Assembly (NCBI GenBank): GCA_041663485.1
Contig: JBAYMO010000002.1
Span: forward strand, 1-62,982
Origin: Candidatus Buchananbacteria bacterium
GTDB lineage: Bacteria > Patescibacteriota > Patescibacteriia > Buchananbacterales > UBA6539
Direction of reading: 5' to 3'
Length of the DNA: 62,982 nucleotides
How positions within the stretch are numbered: the stretch's first letter is position 1; every line of letters begins with the position of its first letter. Positions 16,176-25,308 of this stretch are shown in pieces. The position numbers were made by a program, and so were the translations under genes. The notes beneath the pieces are model-generated. The model saw only the letters and a program-made list of their open reading frames with translations, had not been told where the DNA came from and searched no databases.

Positions 16176-17249
16176 ATGTTAGACGATCAAGAGAAAAAAA
16201 ATGATTTAAACCAGGAAGAAATTGCTAAACTCAGAAACGCAGTTTTGAATAGACTGCAAACTCCCGAGGACTCTCAGCCTTCAATCACCAAAAAGAATGA
16301 AGAACCAACCATCAATCATTCTGAAAAATTAAAACCGTCGGTTAAACGGTCAAACCTTCCAAAATTATTTTTAAAATTTAGCATTCTAGTAGTTTTAATT
16401 TTATTTAGTCTGCAAACCTGGGCATATCTTTTTACGCCGCAAGATATAATTTTCAAGTCAATTACCAGAATTATTCCTATCCCAATTGCGCTGGTAAATT
16501 TTCAGCCGATTTATTATAGCGATTGGCTCAATCAAATCAATTCGTTAAATCATTACTACGTTTTTTTGCAAAACAGCAATAGCCAAAAGATTGAAATACC
16601 TGATCAAAGAATACTAAAAGAAAAACTATTTGATCGTCTAATTGAACAAAAATTGATTAAACAGCTGACAATGAGCTATAATGTAGATGTTACTGCCGAC
16701 GAGCTGGATCAAGAAACTTTAAATATTATTAACAAAGCCGGGGGTATGGAAAATCTTAAACAACAGCTGGCCACCAGCTATGCCTGGTCCATTAAAGATT
16801 TCCAAAATAATATTTTAATGCCCCTTTTGGCGAAAAATAATTTGAATTTGTATCTCTTGGAACAACCGGAGAATAATGAAGCTAGAATTTTAATTGAAAA
16901 AATCTATTCTGATTTAAATTCCGGCCAAGACACTTTCGAAAGTCTCGCCCAACAATACAGTAACGATTCTAGCGCTAGCCAGGGAGGGGACATCGGTTAT
17001 TTTAATAAGGGTGAGATAATTCTGCCAATCCAGAAAGAAATCTTTGAACTTTTACCGGGTCAAACCAGCCATATTATCAAAACCAATTTAGGTTTTCACA
17101 TTTTTAAGGTGACGGAAAAACTTAATGACAGCAGCAACCAACCCAATCGAATAAGATTAAGCCAAATATTAGTTGCGACTAAAGATTTTCAAGGTAGACT
17201 GGAGAATTTTAAAGAAGAATCAAAAATTATCAAATTAATTAAAATTTGA
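16176..17249 (+). CDS. PpiC/parvulin-type peptidyl-prolyl isomerase (PrsA/SurA-like), membrane anchored
   Basis: TM anchor and a chaperone-like middle region. SASQGGDIGYFNKGE..GFHIFKV is a parvulin domain. Confidence 0.85.
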   Translation: MLDDQEKKNDLNQEEIAKLRNAVLNRLQTPEDSQPSITKKNEEPTINHSEKLKPSVKRSNLPKLFLKFSILVVLILFSLQTWAYLFTPQDIIFKSITRIIPIPIALVNFQPIYYSDWLNQINSLNHYYVFLQNSNSQKIEIPDQRILKEKLFDRLIEQKLIKQLTMSYNVDVTADELDQETLNIINKAGGMENLKQQLATSYAWSIKDFQNNILMPLLAKNNLNLYLLEQPENNEARILIEKIYSDLNSGQDTFESLAQQYSNDSSASQGGDIGYFNKGEIILPIQKEIFELLPGQTSHIIKTNLGFHIFKVTEKLNDSSNQPNRIRLSQILVATKDFQGRLENFKEESKIIKLIKI

Positions 17250-17259
17250 CAACCAAAAA

Positions 17260-17332
17260 AGCCAACGGTCGGAGTCGAACCGACGACCTGCCGCTTACGA
17301 AGCGGATGCTCTACCAGCTGAGCTACGTTGGC
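17260..17332 (-). tRNA. tRNA-Thr (anticodon CGU)
   Basis: The reverse complement folds as GCCAACG-TA-GCTC-AGCTGGTA-GAGC-A-TCCGC-TTCGTAA-GCGGC-AGGTC-GTCGG-TTCGACT-CCGAC-CGTTGGC. Confidence 0.88.
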
Positions 17333-17399
17333 ATGAAACTATACATTTATTAAATTTTTTTTCCTAACCGGTGCGTCAAAAAAATCATATTTCCCAATA

Positions 17400-17471
17400 A
17401 GCGGATGACGGGAGTCGAACCCGTGTCCTCAGCTTGGGAAGCTGATATAATAGCCGTTATACGACACCCGC
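17400..17471 (-). tRNA. tRNA-Gly (anticodon CCC)
   Basis: Reverse complement is GCGGGTG..TCAGC-TTCCCAA-GCTGA..ACGGG-TTCGACT-CCCGT-CATCCGC with U73. The D stem is weak and AT-rich. Confidence 0.8.
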
Positions 17472-17523
17472 ACGAGACAATAGCATTATAGACAATAATT
17501 TAAAATAAGAAAAGGCCTAAACC

Positions 17524-18204
17524 ATGATAATTCTCAAAGACGTAAGCAAAATTTATCCCCCCGACGTTACCGCTTTAGAAAATATTAACTTGCACATCAA
17601 GCCCAGAGAATTCGTTTCAATCGTTGGTCGCAGTGGCACGGGAAAAACTACCTTGGTCAAATTGCTCACCGCCGAAGAACGCCCATCGAACGGCCGAATT
17701 ATTGTTGGCGGCTGGGATATCACTAAAATCAATGGCAGTGAAATTCCCTTATTGCGCCGACAAATTGGCGTCGTTTTTCAGGATTTTAAATTACTATCAA
17801 AAAAAACAATTTTTGAAAACATTGCTTTTGCTCTAGAAGTCTGCGGTAATGATCGGACAAAAATTTGCGATATCGTACCCCAAGTGCTTAAAATCGTCGG
17901 TCTAACTGGCAAAGAAGGCCGCTATCCGCTGCAGCTTTCCGGCGGCGAACAGCAGAGAGTGGCAGTGGCCCGAGCCCTGGTTCATCGGCCTAAAATCTTA
18001 GTCGCCGACGAGCCTACTGGCAATTTGGATTCATATAATACCCAGGAAATAATTGAATTACTTTTAAAAATCAACGAGTTTGGTACGACAGTAGTTTTAG
18101 TTACGCACAATAAGGATGTAATCAATTCAATTGGCAAGCGGGTTATAACTTTAGACAACGGAACAGTGGCATCCGATCAAAAAATTGGTAAATATTTACT
18201 CTAA
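17524..18204 (+). CDS. ftsE: Cell division ATP-binding protein FtsE
   Basis: Walker A GRSGTGKTT, ABC signature LSGGEQQRV, Walker B ILVADEPTGNLD. Followed by ftsX. Confidence 0.93.
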   Translation: MIILKDVSKIYPPDVTALENINLHIKPREFVSIVGRSGTGKTTLVKLLTAEERPSNGRIIVGGWDITKINGSEIPLLRRQIGVVFQDFKLLSKKTIFENIAFALEVCGNDRTKICDIVPQVLKIVGLTGKEGRYPLQLSGGEQQRVAVARALVHRPKILVADEPTGNLDSYNTQEIIELLLKINEFGTTVVLVTHNKDVINSIGKRVITLDNGTVASDQKIGKYLL

Positions 18205-18206
18205 TT

Positions 18207-19124
18207 ATGTTAATCATTTCAATTTTGAGAATTTTCTCTTTTGCCTGGCAAAGTTTTTGGCGTAATTTTTGGCTCTCCATGGTTACCATAACCATCATTG
18301 TCTTGACTTTTGTTTCCATTAATTTTGTTATTGTTTTAAATGTTGTCTCGGACGCGGCCATGCAAATTGTAAAGAATAAAATTGATGTTAGCGTCTATTT
18401 TCGGCCAGATGTTACCGAACCTCAAGTCTTGGAAGTTCAAAATTATTTGGCCTCCATGGCACAAGTCAAAGATATTGCTTATATCTCACAGACCGACGCT
18501 TTAGAAAAATTCCGCCAATTGCACCGCCAAGACACAACCATAATTGAATCAATCGAAGAAATCGGCAGTAATCCCATTGGGGCCACTTTACAGATTAAGG
18601 CTAAAAACATTGACGATTACCCGGTGGTGATGGATATTTTAAGCAATTCTAAATATAATGATTTAATATTAGATAAAAATTTTGACGATCATAAGGTCTA
18701 CATAGAAAAAATTAAAGGTATCGCCGATAAAATCCGACAGGTTGGCTTGATCGCTTCGGGTGTTTTGAGTTTAATCGCGCTTTTAATTGTTTTCAACACC
18801 ATCAGAGTCGCCATTTATACCCATCGCCAAGAAATTGCCATCATGAAACTGGTAGGGGCGACTAATTGGTTTATTCAAAGTCCATTTTTATTAGAAGCGG
18901 TTTTTTACGGCATAATCGCCTGCGCCATCTCGGTCGTAATTGCCTTTCCCGTGTTGAATTTAGTTCAGCCATATCTCAATAGCTTCTTTTTGACCAACGA
19001 GTTTAGTATTGCCACATATTTCACGCAAAATTTCTGGAAAATATTCGGATTTGAACTAATTATTATTATTTTACTAAACATCTTGAGCAGCTATATCGCC
19101 ATTAGGCGCTACCTGAGAGTTTAA
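18207..19124 (+). CDS. ftsX: Cell division permease FtsX
   Basis: TM1, a periplasmic domain and 3 C-terminal TMs with KLVGAT. Adjacent to ftsE. Confidence 0.9.
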   Translation: MLIISILRIFSFAWQSFWRNFWLSMVTITIIVLTFVSINFVIVLNVVSDAAMQIVKNKIDVSVYFRPDVTEPQVLEVQNYLASMAQVKDIAYISQTDALEKFRQLHRQDTTIIESIEEIGSNPIGATLQIKAKNIDDYPVVMDILSNSKYNDLILDKNFDDHKVYIEKIKGIADKIRQVGLIASGVLSLIALLIVFNTIRVAIYTHRQEIAIMKLVGATNWFIQSPFLLEAVFYGIIACAISVVIAFPVLNLVQPYLNSFFLTNEFSIATYFTQNFWKIFGFELIIIILLNILSSYIAIRRYLRV

Positions 19125-19175
19125 CATTGACATTGACCCGTTTTCTGGTATATTTATTATCATCGTTTCTATCCC

Positions 19176-19246
19176 TCGGGGATCGTCTAATGGCAGGACA
19201 GTGGCCTTTGAAGCCATTAATCGGGGTTCGAATCCCTGTCCCCGAG
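19176..19246 (+). tRNA. tRNA-Gln (anticodon UUG)
   Basis: TCGGGGA-TC-GTCT-AATGGCA-GGAC-A-GTGGC-CTTTGAA-GCCAT-TAAT-CGGGG-TTCGAAT-CCCTG-TCCCCGA-G. Confidence 0.88.
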
Positions 19247-19295
19247 GAATGGAAATGAATTTGATATTTTTTAAAAGTCAATAATTTAAATTTCT

Positions 19296-20018
19296 ATGGA
19301 AATAATTACTTATTTCTGGCACTACTACTTATACATTCCACTTTTTAATTTTCTTATCTTTCTTTACAATAACTATTCAAATTATAATTTGGGTATTGCC
19401 GTCATAATTTTGACGGTTTTATTGAGACTTTTGCTTTTACCGTTTAGCATTTTAACCGAACAGAGCAAAATTGTCAGCGATAAATTAACTAAAGAAGTCA
19501 GGGAAATCGAAAAAGACTTTGCGGCCGACGTGGTTAAGAAAAAACAAATGATTCGTCTGGCGCTTAAAAAAAGAAAGGTCAGACCATGGGCCAAAGCCAT
19601 TGTTTTAGGCGTTCAAGGCTTAGTCTTGTTTTTACTTTATCAAGTTTTTTTGGGGGGTATTAACACGGAAGAAAAGCTTCATCAGCTTTATCCGTCCATT
19701 ATGCGGCCGGATTTTGTTAATACAAAATTTCTTTGGTTTAACGTGGGCCAAAAAGATTTACTGATCACGTTTATTGTCGCTTTATACATATTTGTCGACA
19801 TTCTAATCCAGCGCTGGGGTCGAAGCTACAAGCTATCAAAAAAAGAACAGCTATTTTCTCTTCTTTTTCCGGCTTTTTGTTTTTTAATTCTATATTCCTT
19901 GCCTTCGGTTAAATCACTTTTCATTTTGACTTCATTGGTTTTTTCTTCTATAATATCTATGATTACAATATTTATTCAAATTACTTTAAAACAGGCGGAA
20001 AATAAGCCTCAAAAATAA
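19296..20018 (+). CDS. yidC: Membrane protein insertase YidC (short form)
   Basis: LGIAVIILTVLLRLLLLPF.. core and five TM segments, typical of short YidC/Oxa1. Confidence 0.85.
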   Translation: MEIITYFWHYYLYIPLFNFLIFLYNNYSNYNLGIAVIILTVLLRLLLLPFSILTEQSKIVSDKLTKEVREIEKDFAADVVKKKQMIRLALKKRKVRPWAKAIVLGVQGLVLFLLYQVFLGGINTEEKLHQLYPSIMRPDFVNTKFLWFNVGQKDLLITFIVALYIFVDILIQRWGRSYKLSKKEQLFSLLFPAFCFLILYSLPSVKSLFILTSLVFSSIISMITIFIQITLKQAENKPQK

Positions 20019-20025
20019 TAAAAAT

Positions 20026-20586
20026 ATGGCCGAAGACGGATTAGACAAATTAATGTATTCATTCGTGGTCGAAGATGTTTTGAAAGGGTTTTTCATTAAT
20101 GTTCCACCCGGCTATGTGGCCTGCATATACGATCTAGGTAGGGGAGTTTTAAAAAAAATTTATAAGCCCGGACTTCACTTAAAAATTCCTTTCTGGCAAA
20201 GAGCAACCTTGTTTAACACTCAAACCTTGGAATATGATATCGGCAAAAAATATAATATTGATAAGCCGGAACTGCTCGGTGACCAACCAATTAATGCGTC
20301 GGCCAATGATGGCAAAAAAGTAACCATCGAAGGAACAATTTTACTTCGACTGGATCCGGAACAAATTCCTGAGATTTGGCAAAGTATCGGTCAAAACTTT
20401 GTAGAAAAAATTATTAGACCAACGATTCAAAGCCGAATGAGAATGATTGCGGCCAAATACAACCTGCAGGAAATGGCCACCACTAAAAGAGCGGAAGTGG
20501 AAATTGATGCTCGACAAGAATTGGAAAGAATACTTTATCCCCGCGGCATATTCGTGGAGAATGTTTTACTCAAGGAAGTTTACTAA
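20026..20586 (+). CDS. SPFH/prohibitin-like domain protein (short)
   Basis: VPPGYVACIYDLGRGVL..GLHLKIPFWQ..TNDG..IIRPTIQSRMR. 186 aa with no obvious TM. Confidence 0.7.
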   Translation: MAEDGLDKLMYSFVVEDVLKGFFINVPPGYVACIYDLGRGVLKKIYKPGLHLKIPFWQRATLFNTQTLEYDIGKKYNIDKPELLGDQPINASANDGKKVTIEGTILLRLDPEQIPEIWQSIGQNFVEKIIRPTIQSRMRMIAAKYNLQEMATTKRAEVEIDARQELERILYPRGIFVENVLLKEVY

Positions 20587-20594
20587 GCCAAGTC

Positions 20595-20616
20595 AAACGG
20601 GCTCAAGCCCGTTTTT
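20595..20616 (+). terminator. Intrinsic terminator
   Basis: ACGGGC-TCAA-GCCCGT followed by TTTTT. Confidence 0.75.
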
Positions 20617-20631
20617 GCTATCCTAAAAAAT

Positions 20632-21075
20632 ATGAACATTTTTAGTCCCGCCTTCAAAGATGGCGGCGATATACCCAAATTATATACTTGTGCCGGCCAA
20701 GATATTAATCCGCCCCTGCAAATCTCTGACATTCCGGTGGGTACAGCCAGTTTATTATTGACTGTCGACGACCCCGATGCGGGCAACGACAACTGGCTTC
20801 ATTGGCTGGTTTGGAACATTAATGCCGATACCGAATTAATTGATGAGAGCAGCGTCCCGACAGGGGCCGTGGTTGGTTTAAATGATTTTAAGCAAAATCA
20901 ATGGCGTGGCCCGTGTCCGCCCAACGGCAGCCATCGATATTTTTTTAAAATATACGCCTTAGATTGCACATTGGATTTAGCCATTGACACTACCTTATTT
21001 AAAATTATGCAAATAATTAATGGCCACGTACTTGATCAGGCCAAGATGCATGGTAAATATGGGGAAAATAAATAG
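20632..21075 (+). CDS. YbhB/YbcL-family phosphatidylethanolamine-binding (PEBP) protein
   Basis: VDDPDAG..WLHWLVWNI..GPCPPNGSHRYFFKIYALD. Confidence 0.92.
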   Translation: MNIFSPAFKDGGDIPKLYTCAGQDINPPLQISDIPVGTASLLLTVDDPDAGNDNWLHWLVWNINADTELIDESSVPTGAVVGLNDFKQNQWRGPCPPNGSHRYFFKIYALDCTLDLAIDTTLFKIMQIINGHVLDQAKMHGKYGENK

Positions 21076-21167
21076 TCATTACTAATCGACGTAAAGTTAT
21101 CCACAATTTTATCATTAACATATTTTTAAGAAAAAATTACCAACGCTTGTCAAGAGCTTAGTTGGGT

Positions 21168-21190
21168 AAAAAGTGTGAAAAACACTTTTT
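21168..21190 (+). terminator. Intrinsic terminator
   Basis: AAAAAGTGT-GAAAA-ACACTTTTT. Confidence 0.6.
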
Positions 21191-21287
21191 CATTTTTTTG
21201 CGGATAAAACATCCGATTTATACCCTAGAATTCAGTTGAACCCCCTTGCTTAATTTATAATCATCTGTTAAACTATTTTTATCATTT

Positions 21288-22979
21288 ATGCAAAGTGAAC
21301 AAAATAAAATCAGATTAGCTTTAGCCGGCGTTATTACTCTGGCTATTTTAGCTATATTAATTGATTTCCCTGGCCAACTGACAAAAACCGGTTTTCCTGT
21401 GCCATCGTTTTTGAATTTATCGTATCGACTAGGCTTGGACTTACAGGGTGGAACTCAATTGATATATGAAGCTGACTTAAGCAAAATTCCGTCGACAGAA
21501 CAAGCCACTGCAGTCGAGGGAGTGCGAGATGTTATAGAAAGAAGAGTAAACTCATTCGGTGTAGCCGAACCTTTAGTACAAACTTCCAAGGTAGCCAATA
21601 ATTACCGCATTATCGCGGAATTGGCCGGCATTTCAGATATCAATCAGGCGATTAAAATGATTGGCGAGACACCACTTTTGGAATTCAAGGAACAAAATCC
21701 CAATCAACAAATTACCATCACCGAGGCACAGAAGAAAGAAATGGACGCTTCAAATGCTACTATAGAAAATACGGCCAAAACCGTTTTAAATGAAGCTTTA
21801 AAATTTGGATCTGATTTTGGCGCTTTGGCGACAAAATACAGCGAAGATCCTGGCTCTAAGGATAATAGTGGGAGCCTGGGTTTTGTTAAAAAAGGTTTAC
21901 TTGATCCGTCATTTGAACAAGTTTGTTTTAATGAATTAAAAAATGGCGAGATTGCGAATAAACTAACAAAAACGGCATATGGTTATCATATAATTAAAAA
22001 AATAGATGAACATGGTTCTGGTGATAGCCGAGAAGTAAACTGTAGTCATATCTTATTGAAAACCAAAAGTGAAAAAGATTATGGACAAGCCGTTGATCCA
22101 TGGCTCTATACTGGTTTAACCGGCAAACAACTGGTAAAAGCCCAGATTGCTTTTGATCCCAACACGCAAATACCACAGATCAGTTTAGAATTTAACGACG
22201 AGGGCAAGGATTTGTTTGCGGCTATTACTACCAGAAACATCGGCAAGCCAGTGGCAATATTTTTAGATGGCTCAGCCATAAGCACTCCGACCGTACAAGA
22301 TGCCATCAAAGACGGTAAGGCCGTAATTAATGGCAAATTCACTATCCAGGAGGCCAAATTACTAGCCCAGAGATTAAATGCCGGTGCCTTACCCGTACCA
22401 ATTAATTTGATTTCGCAAAAAACCGTTGGTGCTTCATTGGGTAATGAATCAGTGAACCAAAGTTTGAAAGCCGGTATCTTCAGTTTGATCTTAATCTGTC
22501 TGTTTATGATTTTATATTACCGTCTGCCGGGTATTACCGCTTCCATCGCCTTATTGTTCTACGGTTTGGTAGTCTTAGCGATTTTTAAAATACTAAATGT
22601 AACATTAACGCTGTCGGGCATAGCCGGATTCGTTCTTTCGCTTGGTATGGCAGTTGATGCGAATGTTCTGATTTTCGAACGCTTTAAAGAAGAGATCAGA
22701 TGGGGTAAACCATTTTCTTTGGCCATTGATGAAGGTTTTAAGCGCGCCTGGTCATCCATTTTTGACGGTCACGTCTCGACTTTAATCTCCTGCGCTATTT
22801 TAATGTGGTTTACTACCAGCATGGTCAAGGGCTTTGCTATCACCTTAGCCATTGGTACTTTAATGAGTTTGTTCTCAGCCGTGGTAGTTACTCGTCTGAT
22901 TGTTAAGTTTATAACTCGAATCAAATTTTTTAATCATCTTTGGCTTTACGGCGTCAGAAAAAAACAAGTTAAGAACTAA
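21288..22979 (+). CDS. secD: Protein translocase subunit SecD with inserted parvulin-like segment
   Basis: N-terminal TM; LGLDLQGG, P1 domain, and a C-terminal 5-TM block (GIAGFVLSLGMAVDANVLIFER). Residues ~145-260 contain SEDPGSKDNSGSLGFV..YGYHIIKK..SHILLK. Confidence 0.9.
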   Translation: MQSEQNKIRLALAGVITLAILAILIDFPGQLTKTGFPVPSFLNLSYRLGLDLQGGTQLIYEADLSKIPSTEQATAVEGVRDVIERRVNSFGVAEPLVQTSKVANNYRIIAELAGISDINQAIKMIGETPLLEFKEQNPNQQITITEAQKKEMDASNATIENTAKTVLNEALKFGSDFGALATKYSEDPGSKDNSGSLGFVKKGLLDPSFEQVCFNELKNGEIANKLTKTAYGYHIIKKIDEHGSGDSREVNCSHILLKTKSEKDYGQAVDPWLYTGLTGKQLVKAQIAFDPNTQIPQISLEFNDEGKDLFAAITTRNIGKPVAIFLDGSAISTPTVQDAIKDGKAVINGKFTIQEAKLLAQRLNAGALPVPINLISQKTVGASLGNESVNQSLKAGIFSLILICLFMILYYRLPGITASIALLFYGLVVLAIFKILNVTLTLSGIAGFVLSLGMAVDANVLIFERFKEEIRWGKPFSLAIDEGFKRAWSSIFDGHVSTLISCAILMWFTTSMVKGFAITLAIGTLMSLFSAVVVTRLIVKFITRIKFFNHLWLYGVRKKQVKN

Positions 22980-22980
22980 T

Positions 22981-23901
22981 ATGATTTCAATTATCAAACA
23001 AAGAAAAATCTGGTTGTCACTTTCAACCATAATGGTAATAGCCAGTATAATTGTTTTTGCCATGTATGGCCTGAAACCGGGAATTGATTTTACCGGCGGC
23101 AGTTCGCTGGAAATCAGTTTTAATATTTCTCGACCCACCAAAGATAGCTTAAGCGAAACCCTAGCCCCGCTAGGTTTAACTAATTTAATCATTCAGCCGG
23201 TCGGGGACAACGGATACAACATCAGATCGAAAAGCATTGATGAAAAAACTCATCAAGACGTATTAGCGGCTTTAAATAACAAATATAAACCTGCTGACGC
23301 GGCGGCGGATACCAAAATTTTGGAAGAAAAAAGTTTTGATTCAATTGGCCCAACTGTGGGTCAGGAATTAAGAAATAAATCTATTTGGGCGATTATCGTT
23401 GTATCATTTGCTATTATTGCCTATATCGCTTTTGCTTTCCGCAAAGTATCCAAACCCATTGCTTCGTGGAAATATGGTATCATTGCTGTAATATCTTTAA
23501 TGCACGACATAATAATTGTGGTCGGGGCCTTTGCCTTGTTAGGTAAATTTTATGGCCTAGAGGTTAACGCGCCTTTTATCGCCGCCTTGCTGACCATATT
23601 CGGTTATTCAAATAATGATACTATTGTTGTTTTTGATAGGATTCGTGAAAATCTTAAACGCCGGGTTGGCGAAGACTTCGACAAAGTGGTTGATGCCAGT
23701 ATTAATGAAGTTATTGTGCGTTCAATTAATACTTCTTTTACCGTCCTGCTAGCTTTATTTGCCATCTTTGTTTTTGGCGGTAAGTCTATTCATGACTTTA
23801 CCCTGGCTTTAATTATTGGCGTAACCATTGGTACTTATTCTTCAATCTTTCTGGCCAGTCCGCTACTGGTGGTTTGGGAAAAGTTAGCTTCAAAAAAATA
23901 A
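22981..23901 (+). CDS. secF: Protein translocase subunit SecF
   Basis: GIDFTGG, six TMs, YSNNDTIVVFDRIREN. Confidence 0.92.
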   Translation: MISIIKQRKIWLSLSTIMVIASIIVFAMYGLKPGIDFTGGSSLEISFNISRPTKDSLSETLAPLGLTNLIIQPVGDNGYNIRSKSIDEKTHQDVLAALNNKYKPADAAADTKILEEKSFDSIGPTVGQELRNKSIWAIIVVSFAIIAYIAFAFRKVSKPIASWKYGIIAVISLMHDIIIVVGAFALLGKFYGLEVNAPFIAALLTIFGYSNNDTIVVFDRIRENLKRRVGEDFDKVVDASINEVIVRSINTSFTVLLALFAIFVFGGKSIHDFTLALIIGVTIGTYSSIFLASPLLVVWEKLASKK

Positions 23902-24095
23902 TTTAAACCAAATATAAAAAATGACTTTACAAAGTCGTTTTTTTATATTCTAATTGATTATTATCTCTAAATAGAGGTCAACTTGACGTAGAAGAACTTT
24001 TATGATATACTAAATTAGATTGAAATATGGTATATCAAATATCATCAATTATTTAGTAAATTTAGCTATTTTTAGTCAACTAAGACCAAAACAAT

Positions 24096-25259
24096 ATGGA
24101 TAATCAAAACTCAATTCTTGATAAAATAATCGAAAGTCAAGAAAAAAGACAAGCTTCACAATTCAATCCGAACGAATTGGTAGGTAATTTATTAAAAAAT
24201 TTATCTAACAAAGAAAGCGATATTTTAAGCCGTCGTTTTGGTATCCTGGGAAAAAAGAAAGAAACCCTTGAAGAAATCGGAAAATATTATGAAATCACTC
24301 GGGAAAGGATCAGACAAATTGAAATGGCCACCATCAAAAAGCTTAAGGAAATTAAAAGTTTTCGTCAAAACATTGAGACTGCCGAGCAGCATATCACTCA
24401 TTTACTGGAAAATCACGGCGGCATCATGGAAGAAAACTTCCTACTCGACGAAATTGGTTATAACGACGAATCCCAAAATCAATCGGTGCGTTTTATTCTC
24501 AATCATTTAATTAATGATAAAATTGACGCCATTAAAACGGACGACGATTTACTTAATGCCTGGAAATTGCCGGTTTTGCCGACCACCATGGTTAAGGAAT
24601 TAATCAATGAGCTAGTGGAAATCATTAATTTGGAAAATAAACTTTTGAAACTTGAAGATTTACTTAACCATTTACAGAGTCGCGATTTTTACAGCAACAA
24701 CAAGGGTCAAATTTTGTCTTTAAAACTTGGCGCGAGTCAGGATCAATTAGAAAAAGAGATCGACCAGGTGATTCACTCCTACTTGAAAGTAGCCAAAAAC
24801 ATTGACCAGAATATTTTGGGTGAATGGGGCTTATCAAGCTGGAATTCAATTTCGCCCAAACGTATGAGTGATAAAATTTATTTGGTTTTACGCAAGGCGG
24901 AAAAACCCCTTCATTTCGTCGAGATTACCGACTTGATCAACCAATCTGGCTTTGATAAAAAAACTGCTTACCCGGCCACCATTCACAATGAATTGATTTT
25001 AGATGAACGTTTTGTTTTAGTCGGCCGAGGAATTTATGCCTTAAAGGAATGGGGCTATAAAAATGGCACAGTGATTGATATTATTGTTGATATCCTTAAA
25101 AATTCCGATCAACCGATGAGCAAAGAAGATATTACCAAGGCAGTTTTGGATCAAAGAATCGTCAGAAAAAGCACGATCGATTTGGCTTTGACCAATAAAA
25201 AAATTGTCAAAAAAACTGCTGATGGCAAATTTACTTTGAATACCGAAACGAGTAGCTAA
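24096..25259 (+). CDS. Sigma-70 region-4 HTH plus HARE-HTH domain protein
   Basis: N-terminal LSNKESDILSRRFG..TLEEIGKYYEITRERIRQIE (sigma region 4). C-terminal PLHFVEITDLI..GRGIYALKEWGY (HARE-HTH-like). Confidence 0.75.
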   Translation: MDNQNSILDKIIESQEKRQASQFNPNELVGNLLKNLSNKESDILSRRFGILGKKKETLEEIGKYYEITRERIRQIEMATIKKLKEIKSFRQNIETAEQHITHLLENHGGIMEENFLLDEIGYNDESQNQSVRFILNHLINDKIDAIKTDDDLLNAWKLPVLPTTMVKELINELVEIINLENKLLKLEDLLNHLQSRDFYSNNKGQILSLKLGASQDQLEKEIDQVIHSYLKVAKNIDQNILGEWGLSSWNSISPKRMSDKIYLVLRKAEKPLHFVEITDLINQSGFDKKTAYPATIHNELILDERFVLVGRGIYALKEWGYKNGTVIDIIVDILKNSDQPMSKEDITKAVLDQRIVRKSTIDLALTNKKIVKKTADGKFTLNTETSS

Positions 25260-25308
25260 AAGCTAAAAAATATACTATAATAAAAACAAAAAGAAAATAA
25301 TTTTATTT

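Noticed and set aside
21097-21105. Consensus DnaA box TTATCCACA (and TTATCCACC at 5823-5831 upstream of dnaB), considered as a possible oriC
   Set aside because: These are single isolated boxes with no cluster, no adjacent AT-rich DUE repeats, and no dnaA/dnaN nearby. Single 9-mers like this are expected by chance in an AT-rich genome.
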